The position numbers were made by a program, and so were the translations under genes. From Eledone cirrhosa (Eukaryota): 64,000 bases of DNA. The notes below the pieces were generated by a model. It saw only the letters and a list, made by a program, of their open reading frames with translations, had not been told where the DNA came from and searched no databases. Shown one piece after another: positions 28,496-43,000 of the stretch. The DNA lies in assembly GCA_964016885.1 (NCBI GenBank), contig OZ024754.1, positions 20,026,001 through 20,090,000 of the forward strand, written 5' to 3'. How positions within the stretch are numbered: the stretch's first letter is position 1; every line of letters begins with the position of its first letter.

Positions 28496-30129
28496 GTTTC
28501 AACACAGTCTCAGATCAAGTCACTTGCCAGACATGTACAACTGTGGCTAAAATGACACTTCCATGATATAGTTACTTTGGTTTCAACACAGTCTCAGATC
28601 AACTCACTTGCCAGACATGTACAACTGTGGCTAAAATCGCTCTTCCATGATATAGTTACTTTAGTTTCAACACAATCTCAGACCAAGTCACTTGCCAGAC
28701 ATGTACAACTGTGGCTAAAATGACTCTTCCTTGGTATAGTTACTTTAGTTTCAACACAATCTCAGATCAAGTCACTTGCCAGACATGTACAACTGTGGCT
28801 AAAATGAGTCTTCCATGATATAGTTACTTTAGTTTCAACACAGTTTCAGATCAAGTCACTTGCCAGACATGTACAACTGTGACTAAAATGACTATTCCAT
28901 GATATAGTTACTTTAGTTTCAACACAGTCACAGATCAGGTCACTTGCCAGACATGTACGGCTATGGCTAAAATGACTCTTCCATGATATATTTACTTTAG
29001 TTTCAACACAATCTCAGATCAAGTCACTTGCCAGACATGTACAACTGTGGCTAAAATGACTCTTCCGTGATATAGTTACTTTAGTTTCAACACAGTCTCA
29101 GATCAAGTCACTTGCCAGACATGTGCAACTGTGGCTAAAATGACTCTTCCGTGATATATTTACTTTAGTTTCAACACAGTCACAGATCAAGTCACTTGCC
29201 AGACGTGTACAACTGTGGCTAAAATGACTCTTCCATGATATAGTTACTTTAGTTTCAACACAGTTTCAGATCAGACATGTACAACTATGGCTCAACTGAC
29301 TCTTCCATGATATAGTTACTTTAGTTTCAACACAGTCTCAGATCAGGTCACTAGCCAGACATGTACAACTGTGGCTAAAATGACTCTTCCATGATATAGT
29401 TACTTTAGTTTCAACACAGTTTCAGATCAGGTCACTTGCCAAACATGAAAAACTGTGGCTAAAATGACTCTTCCATGATATAGTTACTTTAGTTTCAACA
29501 CAGTCTTAGATCAAGTCACTTGCCAGACTGTGGCTAAAATCACTCTTCCATGATATAGTTACTTTAGTTTCAACACAGTCTCAGATCAAGTTACTTGCCA
29601 GACATGTACAACTATGGCTAAAATGACTCTTCCATGATATAGTTACTTTAGTTTCAAAACAGTCTCAGATCAAGTTACTTGCTAGACATGTATAACTGTG
29701 GCTAAAATGACTCTTCCATGATATAGTTACTTTAGTTTCAACACAGTCACAGATCAAGTCACTTGCCAGACATGTACAACTGTGACTAAAATGACTCTTT
29801 CATGATATAGTTACTTCAGTTTCAACACAGTCTCAGATCAAGTCACTTGCCAGACATGTACAACTGTGGCTAAAATGACTCTTCCATGACATAGTTACTT
29901 TAGTTTCAACATAGTCACAGATCAAGTCACTTGCTAGACATGTTTAACTGTGGCTAGAATTACTCTTCCATGATATAGTTACTTTAGTTTCAACACAGTT
30001 TCAGATCAGGTCACTTGCCATACACGTACCACTGTGGCTAAAATGACTCTTCCATGATATAGTTACTTTAGTTTCAACACAGTTACAGATCAAGTCACTT
30101 GCCAGACATGTACAACTGTGGCTAAAATG

Positions 30130-33100
30130 ACTCTTCCATGATATAGTTACTTTAGTTTCAACACAATCTCAGATCCTGTCACTTGCGTGACATGTACAAC
30201 TGTGGCTAAAATGACTCTTCCATGATATAGCTACTTTAGTTTCAACACAATCTCAGATCGAGTCACTTGCCAGACATGTACAACTGTGGCTAAAATGATT
30301 CTTCCATGATATAGTTACTTTAGTTTCAACACAATCTCAGATCAAGTCACTTGCCAGACATGTACAACTGTGACTATAATGACTCTTCCATGATATAGTT
30401 ACTTTAGTTTCAACACAGTCACAGATCAAGTCACTTGTCATACATGTACAACTGTGGCTAAAATGACTCTTCCATGATATAGTTACTTTAGTTTCAACAC
30501 AATCTCAGATCAAGTCACTTGCCAGACATGTACAACTCTGACTAAAATGACTCTTCCATGATATAGTTACTTTAGTTTCAACACAATCTGAGATCAAGTC
30601 ACTTGCCAGACATGTACAACTGTGATAAGAATGATTCTTCCATGATATAGTTACTTTAGTTTCAACACAGTTTCAGATCAGGTCACTTGCCAAACATGAA
30701 CAACTGTGGCTAAAATGACTCTTCCATGATATAGTTACTTTAGTTTCAACACAGTCTTAGATCAAATCACTTGCCAGACTGTGGCTAAAATGACTCTTCC
30801 ATGATATAGTTACTTTAGTTTCAACACAGTCACAGATCATGTCACTTGCCAGACGTGTACAACTGTGGCTAAAATGACTCTTCCGTGATATATTTACTTT
30901 AGATTCAACACAGTCTCAGATCCTGTCACTTGCGAGACATGTACAACTGTGGCTAAAATGACTCTTCCATGATATAGTTACTTTAGTTTCAACACAGTTT
31001 CAGATCAGATCACTTGCCAGACACGTACCACTGTGGCTAAAATGACTCTTCCATGATATAGTTACTTTAGTTTCAACACAGTTTCACATCAAGTCACTTA
31101 CCAGACATGTACAACTGTGGCTAAAATGACTCTTCCATGATAAAGTTACTTTAGTTTCAACACGGTCTTAGATCAAGTCACTTGCCAGTCTGTGGCTAAA
31201 ATGACTCTTCCATGATATAGTTACTTTAGTTTCAACACAGTCACAGATCAGATCACTTGCCAGACATGTACAACTGTGGCTAAAATGACTCTTCCATGAT
31301 ATAGTTAATTTAGTTTCAACACAATCTCAGATCCAGTCACTTGCGAGACATGTACAACTGTGGCTAAAATGACTCTTCCATGATAAAGTTACTTTAGTTT
31401 CAACACGGTCTTAGATCAAGTCACTTGCCAGACTGTGGCTAAAATGACTCTTCCATGATAAAGTTACTTTAGTTTCAACACGGTCTTAGATCAAGTCACT
31501 TGCCAGACTGTGGCTAAAATGACTCTTCCATGATATAGTTACTTTAGTTTCAACACAGTCCCAGATCACGTCACTTGCGAGACATGTACAACTGTGGCTA
31601 AAATGACTCTTCCATGATAAAGTTACTTTAGTTTCAACACGGTCTTAGATCAAGTCACTTGCCAGACTGTGGCTAAAATGACTCTTCCATGATATAGATA
31701 CTTTAGTTTCAACACAGTCCCAGATCACGTCACTTGCCAGACATGTACAACTGTGGCTAAAATGACTCTTCCATGATATAGTTACTTTAGTTTCAACACA
31801 GTTGCAGATCAGGTCACTTGCCAGACACGTACCACTGTGGCTAAAATGACTCTTCCATGATATAGTTACTTTAGTTTTAACACGGTCTCAGATCAACTCA
31901 CTTGCCAGACATGTACAACTGTGGCTAAAATGACTCTTCCATGATATAGTTACTTTAGTTTCAACACGGTCTTAGATCAAGTCACTTGCCACACTGTGGC
32001 TAAAATGACTCTTCCATGATATAGTTACTTTAGATTTCAAACAGTCTCAGATCAAGTAACTTGCTAGACATGTATAACTGTGGCTAAAATTACTCTTCCA
32101 TGATATAGTTACTTTAGTTTCAACACAGTCACAGATCAAGTCACTTGCCAGACATGTACAACTATGGCTAAAATGACTCTTCCATGATATAGTTACTTTA
32201 GTTTCAACACAATCTCAGATCAAGTCACTTGCCAGACATGTACAACTGTGGCTAAAATGACTCTTCCATGATATAGTCACTTTAGTTTCAGCACAGTCAC
32301 AGATCAAGTCACTTGCCATACATGTACAACTATGGCTCAAATGAATCTTCCATGATATAGTTACTTTAGTTTCAACACAGTCTCAGATCAAGTCACTTGT
32401 CATACGTGTACAACTGTGGCTAAAATGACTCTTCCATGATATAGTTACTTTAGTTTCAACACAATCTCAGATCAAGTCACTTGCCAGACATGTACAACCG
32501 TGACTAAAATGACTCTTCCAGGACATAGTTACTTTAGTTTCAACATAGTCACAGATCAAGTCACTTGCCAGACATGTACAACTGTGGCTAAAATGACTCT
32601 TCCATGACATAGTTACTTTAGTTTCAACACAGTTTCAGATCAGGTCACTTGCCAGACACGTACCACTGTGGCTAAAATGACTCTTCCATGATATAGTTAC
32701 TTTAGTTTCAACACAGTTTCACATCAAGTCACTTGCCAGACATGTACAACTGTGGCTAAAATAACTCTTCCATGATATAGTTGCTTTAGTTTCAACACAA
32801 TCTCAGATCCTGTCATTTGCGAGACATGTACAACTGTGGCTAAAATGACTCTTCCATGATATAGTTACTTTAGTTTCAACACGGTCTTAGATCAAGTCAC
32901 TTACCAGACTGTGGCTAAAATGACGCTTCTATGATATAGTTACTTTAGTTTTAAAACAGTCTCAGATCAAGTCCCTTGCTAGACATGTATAACTGTGGCT
33001 AAAATTACTCTTCCATGATATAGTTACTTTAGTTTCAACACAGTCTCAGTTCAAGTCACTTGCCAGACATGTACAACTGTGACTATAATGACTCTTCCAT

Positions 33101-36100
33101 GATATAGTTACTTTAGTTTCAACACAGTCTCAGATCAACTCACTTGCCAGACATGTACAACTGTGGCTAAAATGACTCTTCCATGATATAGTTACTTTAG
33201 TTTCAACACAATCTCAGATCCTGTCACTTGCGTGACATGTACAACTGTGGCTAAAATGACTCTTCCATGATATAGCTACTTTAGTTTCAACACAATCTCA
33301 GATCGAGTCACTTGCCAGACATGTACAACTGTGGATAAAATGATTCTTCCATGATATAGTTACTTTAGTTTCAACACAATCTCAGATCAAGTCACTTGCC
33401 AGACATGTACAACTGTGACTATAATGACTCTTCCATGATATAGTTACTTTAGTTTCAACACAGTCACAGATCAAGTCACTTGTCATACATGTACAACTGT
33501 GGCTAAAATGACTCTTCCATGATATAGTTACTTTAGTTTCAACACAATCTCAGATCAAGTCACTTGCCAGACATGTACAACTCTGACTAAAATGACTCTT
33601 CCATGATATAGTTACTTTAGTTTCAACACAATCTGAGATCAAGTCACTTGCCAGACATGTACAACTGTGATAAGAATGATTCTTCCATGATATAGTTACT
33701 TTAGTTTCAACACAGTTTCAGATCAGGTCACTTGCCAAACATGAACAACTGTGGCTAAAATGACTCTTCCATGATATAGTTACTTTAGTTTCAACACAGT
33801 CTTAGATCAAATCACTTGCCAGACTGTGGCTAAAATGACTCTTCCATGATATAGTTACTTTAGTTTCAACACAGTCACAGATCATGTCACTTGCCAGACG
33901 TGTACAACTGTGGCTAAAATGACTCTTCCGTGATATATTTACTTTAGATTCAACACAGTCTCAGATCCTGTCACTTGCGAGACATGTACAACTGTGGCTA
34001 AAATGACTCTTCCATGATATAGTTACTTTAGTTTCAACACAGTTTCAGATCAGATCACTTGCCAGACACGTACCACTGTGGCTAAAATGACTCTTCCATG
34101 ATATAGTTACTTTAGTTTCAACACAGTTTCACATCGAGTCACTTACCAGACATGTACAACTGTGGCTAAAATGACTCTTCCATGATAAAGTTACTTTAGT
34201 TTCAACACGGTCTTAGATCAAGTCACTTGCCAGTCTGTGGCTAAAATGACTCTTCCATGATATAGTTACTTTAGTTTCAACACAGTCACAGATCAGATCA
34301 CTTGCCAGACATGTACAACTGTGGCTAAAATGACTCTTCCATGATATAGTTAATTTAGTTTCAACACAATCTCAGATCCAGTCACTTGCGAGACATGTAC
34401 AACTGTGGCTAAAATGACTCTTCCATGATAAAGTTACTTTAGTTTCAACACGGTCTTAGATCAAGTCACTTGCCAGACTGTGGCTAAAATGACTCTTCCA
34501 TGATAAAGTTACTTTAGTTTCAACACGCTCTTAGATCAAGTCACTTGCCAGACTGTGGCTAAAATGACTCTTCCATGATATAGTTACTTTAGTTTCAACA
34601 CAGTCCCAGATCACGTCACTTGCGAGACATGTACAACTGTGGCTAAAATGACTCTTCCATGATAAAGTTACTTTAGTTTCAACACGGTCTTAGATCAAGT
34701 CACTTGCCAGACTGTGGCTAAAATGACTCTTCCATGATATAGTTACTTTAGTTTCAACACAGTCCCAGATCACGTCACTTGCCAGACATGTACAACTGTG
34801 GCTAAAATGACTCTTCCATGATATAGTTACTTTAGTTTCAACACAGTTTCAGATCAGATCACTTGCCAGACACGTACCACTGTGGCTAAAATGACTCTTC
34901 CATGATATAGTTACTTTAGTTTCAACACAATCTCAGATCCAGTCACTTGCGAGACATGTACAACTGTGGCTAAAATGACTCTTCCATGATAAAGTTACTT
35001 TAGTTTCAACACGGTCTTAGATCAAGTCACTTGCCAGACTGTGGCTAAAATGACTCTTCCATGATATAGTTACTTTAGTTTCAACACAGTCACAGATCAA
35101 GTCACTTGCCAGGCATGTACAACTGTGGCTAAAATGACTCTTCCATGATATAGTTACATTAGTTTCAACACCGTCTCAGATCCTGTCACTTGCGAGACAT
35201 GTACAACTGTGGCTAAAATGACTCTTCCATGATAAAGTTACTTTAGTTTCAACACGGTCTTAGATCAAGTCACTTCCAGACTGTGGCTAAAATGACTCTT
35301 CCATGATATAGTTACTTTAGTTTCAACACAGTCACAGATCAAGTCACTTGCCAGGCATGTACAACTGTGGCTAAAATGACTCTTCCATGATATAGTTACT
35401 TTAGTTTCAACACAATCTCAGATCCTGTCACTTGCGAGACATGTACAACTGTGGCTAAAATGACTCTTCCATGATATAGTTACTTTAGTTTCAACACGGT
35501 CTTAGATCAAGTCACTTGCCACACTGTGGCTAAAATGACTCTTCCATGATATTGTTACTCTAGTTTCAACACGGTCTTAGATCAAGTCACTTGCCACACT
35601 GTGGCTAAAATGACTCTTCCATGATACAGTTACTTTAGTTTTCAAACAGTCTCAGATCAAGTAACTTGCCAGACATGTATAACTGTGGCTAAAATGACTC
35701 CTCCATGATATAGTTACTTTAGTTTCAACACAGTTGCAGATCAGGTCACTTGCCAGACACGTACCACTGTGGCTAAAATGACTCTTCCATGATATAGTTA
35801 CTTTAGTTTTAACACGGTCTCAGATCAACTCACTTGCCAGACATGTACAACTGTGGCTAAAATGAATCTTCCATGATATAGTTACTTTAGTTTCAACACG
35901 GTCTTAGATCAAGTCACTTGCCACACTGTGGCTAAAATGACTCTTCCATGATATAGTTACTTTAGATTTCAAACAGTCTCAGATCAAGTAACTTGCTAGA
36001 CATGTATAACTGTGGCTAAAATTACTCTTCCATGATATAGTTACTTTAGTTTCAACACAGTCACAGATCAAGTCACTTGCCAGACATGTACAACTATGGC

Positions 36101-37050
36101 TAAAATGACTCTTCCATGATATAGTTACTTTAGTTTCAACACAATCTCAGATCAAGTCACTTGCCAGACATGTACAACTGTGGCTAAAATGACTCTTCCA
36201 TGATATAGTCACTTTAGTTTCAGCACAGTCACAGATCAAGTCACTTGCCATACATGTACAACTATGGCTCAAATGAATCTTCCATGATATAGTTACTTTA
36301 GTTTCAACACAGTCTCAGATCAAGTCACTTGTCATACGTGTACAACTGTGGCTAAAATGACTCTTCCATGATATAGTTACTTTAGTTTCAACACAATCTC
36401 AGATCAAGTCACTTGCCAGACATGTACAACCGTGACTAAAATGACTCTTCCAGGACATAGTTACTTTAGTTTCAACATAGTCACAGATCAAGTCACTTGC
36501 CAGACATGTACAACTGTGGCTAAAATGACTCTTCCATGACATAGTTACTTTAGTTTCAACACAGTTTCAGATCAGGTCACTTGCCAGACACGTACCACTG
36601 TGGCTAAAATGACTCTTCCATGATATAGTTACTTTAGTTTCAACACAGTTTCACATCAAGTCACTTGCCAGACATGTACAACTGTGGCTAAAATAACTCT
36701 TCCATGATATAGTTGCTTTAGTTTCAACACGGTCTTAGATCAAGTCACTTGCCAGACTGTGGCTAAAATGACGCTTCTATGATATAGTTACTTTAGTTTT
36801 AAAACAGTCTCAGATCAAGTCCCTTGCTAGACATGTATAACTGTGGCTAAAATTACTCTTCCATGATATAGTTACTTTAGTTTCAACACAGTCTCAGTTC
36901 AAGTCACTTGCCAGACATGTACAACTGTGACTATAATGACTCTTCCATGATATAGTTACTTTAGTTTCAACACAGTCTCAGATCAACTCACTTGCCAGAC
37001 ATGTACAACTGTGGCTAAAATTACTCTTCCATGATATAGTTACTTTAGTT
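30130..37050. repeat. Duplicated 3045-bp block (37 monomers, 7 short); the second copy contains ~887 bp of extra monomers
   Basis: ACTTGCGTGA at 30181/33226 and TGTGATAAGA at 30621/33666 (+3045). After ~34830 the match resumes at +3932 (AGTCACTTTAGTTTCAGC at 32275/36207). The right end is approximate. Confidence 0.8.
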
Positions 37051-40000
37051 TCAACACAATCTCAGATCAAGTCACTTGCCAGACATGTACAACTGTGACT
37101 ATAATGACTCTTCCATGATATAGTTACTTTAGTTTCAACACAGTCACAGATCAAGTCACTTGCCAGACATATACAACTGTGGCTAAAATGACTCTTCTGT
37201 GATATAGTTACTTTAGTTTCAACAAAGTCTCAGATCAAGTCACTTGTCATACATGTACAACTGTGGCTAAAATGACTCTTCCATGATATAGTTACTTTAG
37301 TTTCAACACAATCTCAGATCAAGTCACTTGCCAGACATGTACAACTCTGACTAAAATGACTCTTCCATGATATAGTTACTTTAGTTTCAACACAATCTGA
37401 GATCAAGTCACTTGCCAGACATGTACAACTGTGACAAAAATGACTCTTCCATGATATAGTTACTTTAGTTTCAACACAGTCACAGATCAAGTCACTTGCC
37501 AGACATGTACAACTATGGCTCAAATGACTCTTCCATGATATAGTTACTTTAGTTTCAACACAGTCTCAGATCAAGTCACTTGCAAGACATGTACAACTGT
37601 GGCTAAAATGACTCTTCCATGATATAGTTACTTTATTATCAACACAGTCACAGATCAAGTCACTTGCCAGATGTGTACAACTGTGGCTAAAATGACCCTT
37701 CCGTGATATATTTACTTTAGTTTCAACACAGTCTCAGATCCTGTCACTTGCGAGACATGTACAACTGTGGCTAAAATGACTCTTCCGTGATATAGTTACT
37801 TTAGTTTCAACACGGTCTTAGATCAAGTCACTTGCCACACTGTGGCTAAAATGACTCTTCCATGATATAGTTACTTTAGTTTTCAAACAGTCTCAGATCA
37901 AGTAACTTGCTAGACATGTATAACTGTGGCTAAATTGACTCCTCCATGATATAGTTACTTTAGTTTCAACACAGTTGCAGATCAGGTCACTTGCCAGACA
38001 CGTACCACTGTGGCTAAAATGACTCTTCCATGATATAGTTACTTTAGTTTTAACACGGTCTCAGATCAACTCACTTGCCAGACATGTACAACTGTGGCTA
38101 AAATGACTCTTCCATGATATAGTTACTTTAGTTTCAACACGGTCTTAGATCAAGTCACTTGCCACACTGTGGCTAAAATGACTCTTCCATGATATAGTTA
38201 CTTTAGATTTCAAACAGTCTCAGATCAAGTAACTTGCTAGACATGTATAACTGTGGCTAAAATGACTCTTCCATGATATAGTTACTTTAGTTTCAACACA
38301 GTCACAGATCAAGTCACTTGCCAGACATGTACAACTATGGCTAAAATGACTCTTCCATGATATAGTTACTTTAGTTTCAACACAATCTCAGATCAAGTCA
38401 CTTGCCAGACATGTACAACTGTGGCTAAAATGACTCTTCCATGATATAGTTACTTTAGTTTCAGCACAGTCACAGATCAAGTCACTTGCCAGACATGTAC
38501 AACTATGGCTCAAATGATTCTTCCATGATATAGTTACTTTAGTTTCAACACAGTCTCTGATCAAGTCACTTGTCATACATGTACAACTGTGGCTAAAATG
38601 ACTCTTCCATGATATAGTTACTTTAGTTTCAACACAGTCACAGATCAAGTTACTTGCCAGACATGTACGGCTATGGCTAAAATGACTCTTCCATGATATA
38701 GTTACTTTAGTTTCAACACAATCTCAGATCAAGTCACTTGCCAGACATGTACAACTGTGGCTAAAATGATTCTTCCATGATATAGTTACTTTAGTTTCAA
38801 CACAATCTCAGATCAAGTCACTTGCCAGACATGTACAACTGTGACTATAATGACTCTTCCATGATATAGTTACTTTAGTTTCAACACAGTCACAGATCAA
38901 GTCACTTGTCATACATGTACATCTGTGGCTAAAATGACTCTTCTGTGATATAGTTACTTTAGTTTCAACACAGTCTCAGATCGAGTCACTTGTCATACAT
39001 GTACAACTGTGGCTAAAATGACTCTTCCATGATATAGTTACTTTAGTTTCAACACAGTCACAGATCAAGTCACTTGCCAGGCATGTACAACTGTGGCTAA
39101 AATGACTCTTCCATGATATAGTTACTTTAGTTTCAACACAATCTCAGATCCTGTCACTTGCGAGACATGTACAACTGTGGCTAAAATGACTCTTCCATGA
39201 TATAGTTACTTTAGTTTCAACACGGTCTTAGATCAAGTCACTTGCCACACTGTGGCTAAAATGACTCTTCCATGATATAGTTACTCTAGTTTCAACACGG
39301 TCTTAGATCAAGTCACTTGCCACACTGTGGCTAAAATGACTCTTCCATGATATAGTTACTTTAGTTTTCAAACAGTCTCAGATCAAGTAACTTGCCAGAC
39401 ATGTATAACTGTGGCTAAAATGACTCCTCCATGATATAGTTACTTTAGTTTCAACACAGTTGCAGATCAGGTCACTTGCCAGACACGTACCACTGTGGCT
39501 AAAATGACTCTTCCATGATATAGTTACTTTAGTTTTAACACGGTCTCAGATCAACTCACTTGCCAGACATGTACAACTGTGGCTAAAATGACTCTTCCAT
39601 GATATAGTTACTTTAGTTTCAACACGGTCTTAGATCAAGTCACTTGCCACACTGTGGCTAAAATGACTCTTCCATGATATAGTTACTTTAGATTTCAAAC
39701 AGTCTCAGATCAAGTAACTTGCTAGACATGTATAACTGTGGCTAAAATTACTCTTCCATGATATAGTTACTTTAGTTTCAACACAGTCACAGATCAAGTC
39801 ACTTGCCAGACATGTACAACTATGGCTAAAATGACTCTTCCATGATATAGTTACTTTAGTTTCAACACAATCTCAGATCAAGTCACTTGCCAGACATGTA
39901 CAACTGTGGCTAAAATGACTCTTCCATGATATAGTTACTTTAGTTTCAGCACAGTCACAGATCAAGTCACTTGCCATACATGTACAACTATGGCTCAAAT

Positions 40001-43000
40001 GAATCTTCCATGATATAGTTACTTTAGTTTCAACACAGTCTCAGATCAAGTCACTTGACATACGTGTACAACTGTGGCTAAAATGACTCCTCCATGATAT
40101 AGTTACTTTAGTTTCAACACAATCTCAGATCAAGTCACTTGCCAGACATGTACAACCGTGACTAAAATGACTCTTCCAGGACATAGTTACTTTAGTTTCA
40201 ACACAGTCACAGATCAAGTCACTTGCCAGACATGTACAACTGTGGCTAAAATGACTCTTCCATGACATAGTTACTTTAGTTTCAACACAGTTTCAGATCA
40301 GGTCACTTGCCAGACACGTACCACTGTGGCTAAAATGACTCTTCCATGATATAGTTACTTTAGTTTCAACACAGTTTCACATCAAGTCACTTGCCAGACA
40401 TGTACAACTGTGGCTAAAATAACTCTTCCATGATATAGTTGCTTTAGTTTCAACACAATCTCAGATCCTGTCATTTGCGAGACATGTACAACTGTGGCTA
40501 AAATGACTCTTCCATGATATAGTTACTTTAGTTTCAACACGGTCTTAGATCAAGTCACTTGCCAGACTGTGGCTAAAATGACGCTTCTATGATATAGTTA
40601 CTTTAGTTTTAAAACAGTCTCAGATCAAGTCCCTTGCTAGACATGTATAACTGTGGCTAAAATTACTCTTCCATGATATAGTTACTTTAGTTTCAACACA
40701 GTCTCAGTTCAAGTCACTTGCCAGACATGTACAACTGTGACTATAATGACTCTTCCATGATATAGTTACTTTAGTTTCAATACAGTCTCAGATCAACTCA
40801 CTTGCCAGACATGTACAACTGTGGCTAAAATGACTCTTCCATGATATAGTTACTTTAGTTTCAACACAATCTCAGATCAAGTCACTTGCCAGACATGTAC
40901 AACTGTGACTATAATGACTCTTCCATGATATAGTTACTTTAGTTTCAACACAATCTCAGATCAAGTCACTTGCCAGACATGTACAACTCTGACTAAAATG
41001 ACTCTTCCATGATATAGTTACTTTAGTTTCAACACAATCTGAGATCAAGTCACTTGCCAGACATGTACAACTGTGACAAAAATGACTCTTCCATGATATA
41101 GTTACTTTAGTTTCAACACAGTCACAGATCAAGTCACTTGCCAGACATGTACAACTATGGCTCAAATGACTCTTCCATGATATAGTTACTTTAGTTTCAA
41201 CACAGTCTCAGATCAAGTCACTTGCCAGACATGTAAAACTGTGGCTAAAATGACTCTTCCATGATATAGTTACTTTATTATCAACACAGTCACAGATCAA
41301 GTCACTTGCCAGATGTGTACAACTGTGGCTAAAATGACTCTTCCGTGATATATTTACTTTAGTTTCAACACAGTCTCAGATCCTGTCACTTGCGAGACAT
41401 GTACAACTGTGGCTAAAATGACTCTTCCGTGATATAGTTACTTTAGTTTCAAAACAGTCTCAGATCAAGTCACTCGCTAGACATGTATAATTGTGGCTAA
41501 AATGACTCTTCCATGATATAGTTACTTTAGTTTCAACACAATCTCAGATCCTGTCACTTGCGAGACATGTACAACTGTGGCTAAAATGACTCTTCCATAA
41601 TATAGTTACTTTAGTTTCAACACGGTCTTAGATCAAGTCACTTGCCACACTGTGGCTAAAATGACTCTTCCATGATATAGTTACTTTAGTTTTCAAACAG
41701 TCTCAGATCAAGTAACTTGCTAGACATGTATAACTGTGGCTAAAATGACTCCTCCATGATATAGTTACTTTAGTTTCAACACAGTTGCAGATCAGGTCAC
41801 TTGCCAGACACGTACCACTGTGGCTAAAATGACTCTTCCATGATATAGTTACTTTAGTTTTAACACGATCTCAGATCAACTCACTTGCCAGACATGTACA
41901 ACTGTGGCTAAAATGAATCTTCCATGATATAGTTACTTTAGTTTCAACACGGTCTTAGATCAAGTCACTTGCCACACTGTGGCTAAAATGACTCTTCCAT
42001 GATATAGTTACTTTAGATTTCAAACAGTCTCAGATCAAGTAACTTGCTAGACATGTATAACTGTGGCTAAAATTACTCTTCCATGATATAGTTACTTTAG
42101 TTTCAACACAGTCACAGATCAAGTCACTTGCCAGACATGTACAACTGTGGCTAAAATGACTCTTCCATGATATAGTTACTTTAGTTTCAGCACAGTCACA
42201 GATCAAGTCACTTGCCAGACATGTACAACTATGGCTCAAATGAATCTTCCATGATATAGTTACTTTAGTTTCAACACAGTCTCAGATCAAGTCACTTGTC
42301 ATACATGTACAACTGTGGCTAAAATGACTCTTCCATGATATAGTTACTTTAGTTTCAACACAGTCACAGATCAAGTTACTTGCCAGACATGTACGGCTAT
42401 GGCTAAAATGACTCTTCCATGATATAGTTACTTTAGTTTCAACACAATCTCAGATCAAGTCACTTGCCAGACATGTACAACTGTGGCTAAAATGATTCTT
42501 CCATGATATAGTTACTTTAGTTTCAACACAATCTCAGATCAAGTCACTTGCCAGACATGTACAACTGTGACTATAATGACTCTTCCATGATATAGTTACT
42601 TTAGTTTCAACACAGTCACAGATCAAGTCACTTGTCATACATGTACAACTGTGGCTAAAATGACTCTTCTGTGATATAGTTACTTTAGTTTCAACACAGT
42701 CTCAGATCGAGTCACTTGTCATACATGTACAACTGTGGCTAAAATGACTCTTCCATGATATAGTTACTTTAGTTTCAACACAATCTCAGATCAAGTCACT
42801 TGCCAGACATGTACAACTCTGACTAAAATGACTCTTCCATGATATAGTTACTTTAGTTTCAACACAATCTGAGATCAAGTCACTTGCCAGACATGTACAA
42901 CTGTGATAAAAATGACTCTTCCATGATATAGTTACTTTAGTTTCAACACAGTTTCAGATCAGGTCACTTGCCAAAAATGAACAACTGTGGCTAAAATGAC

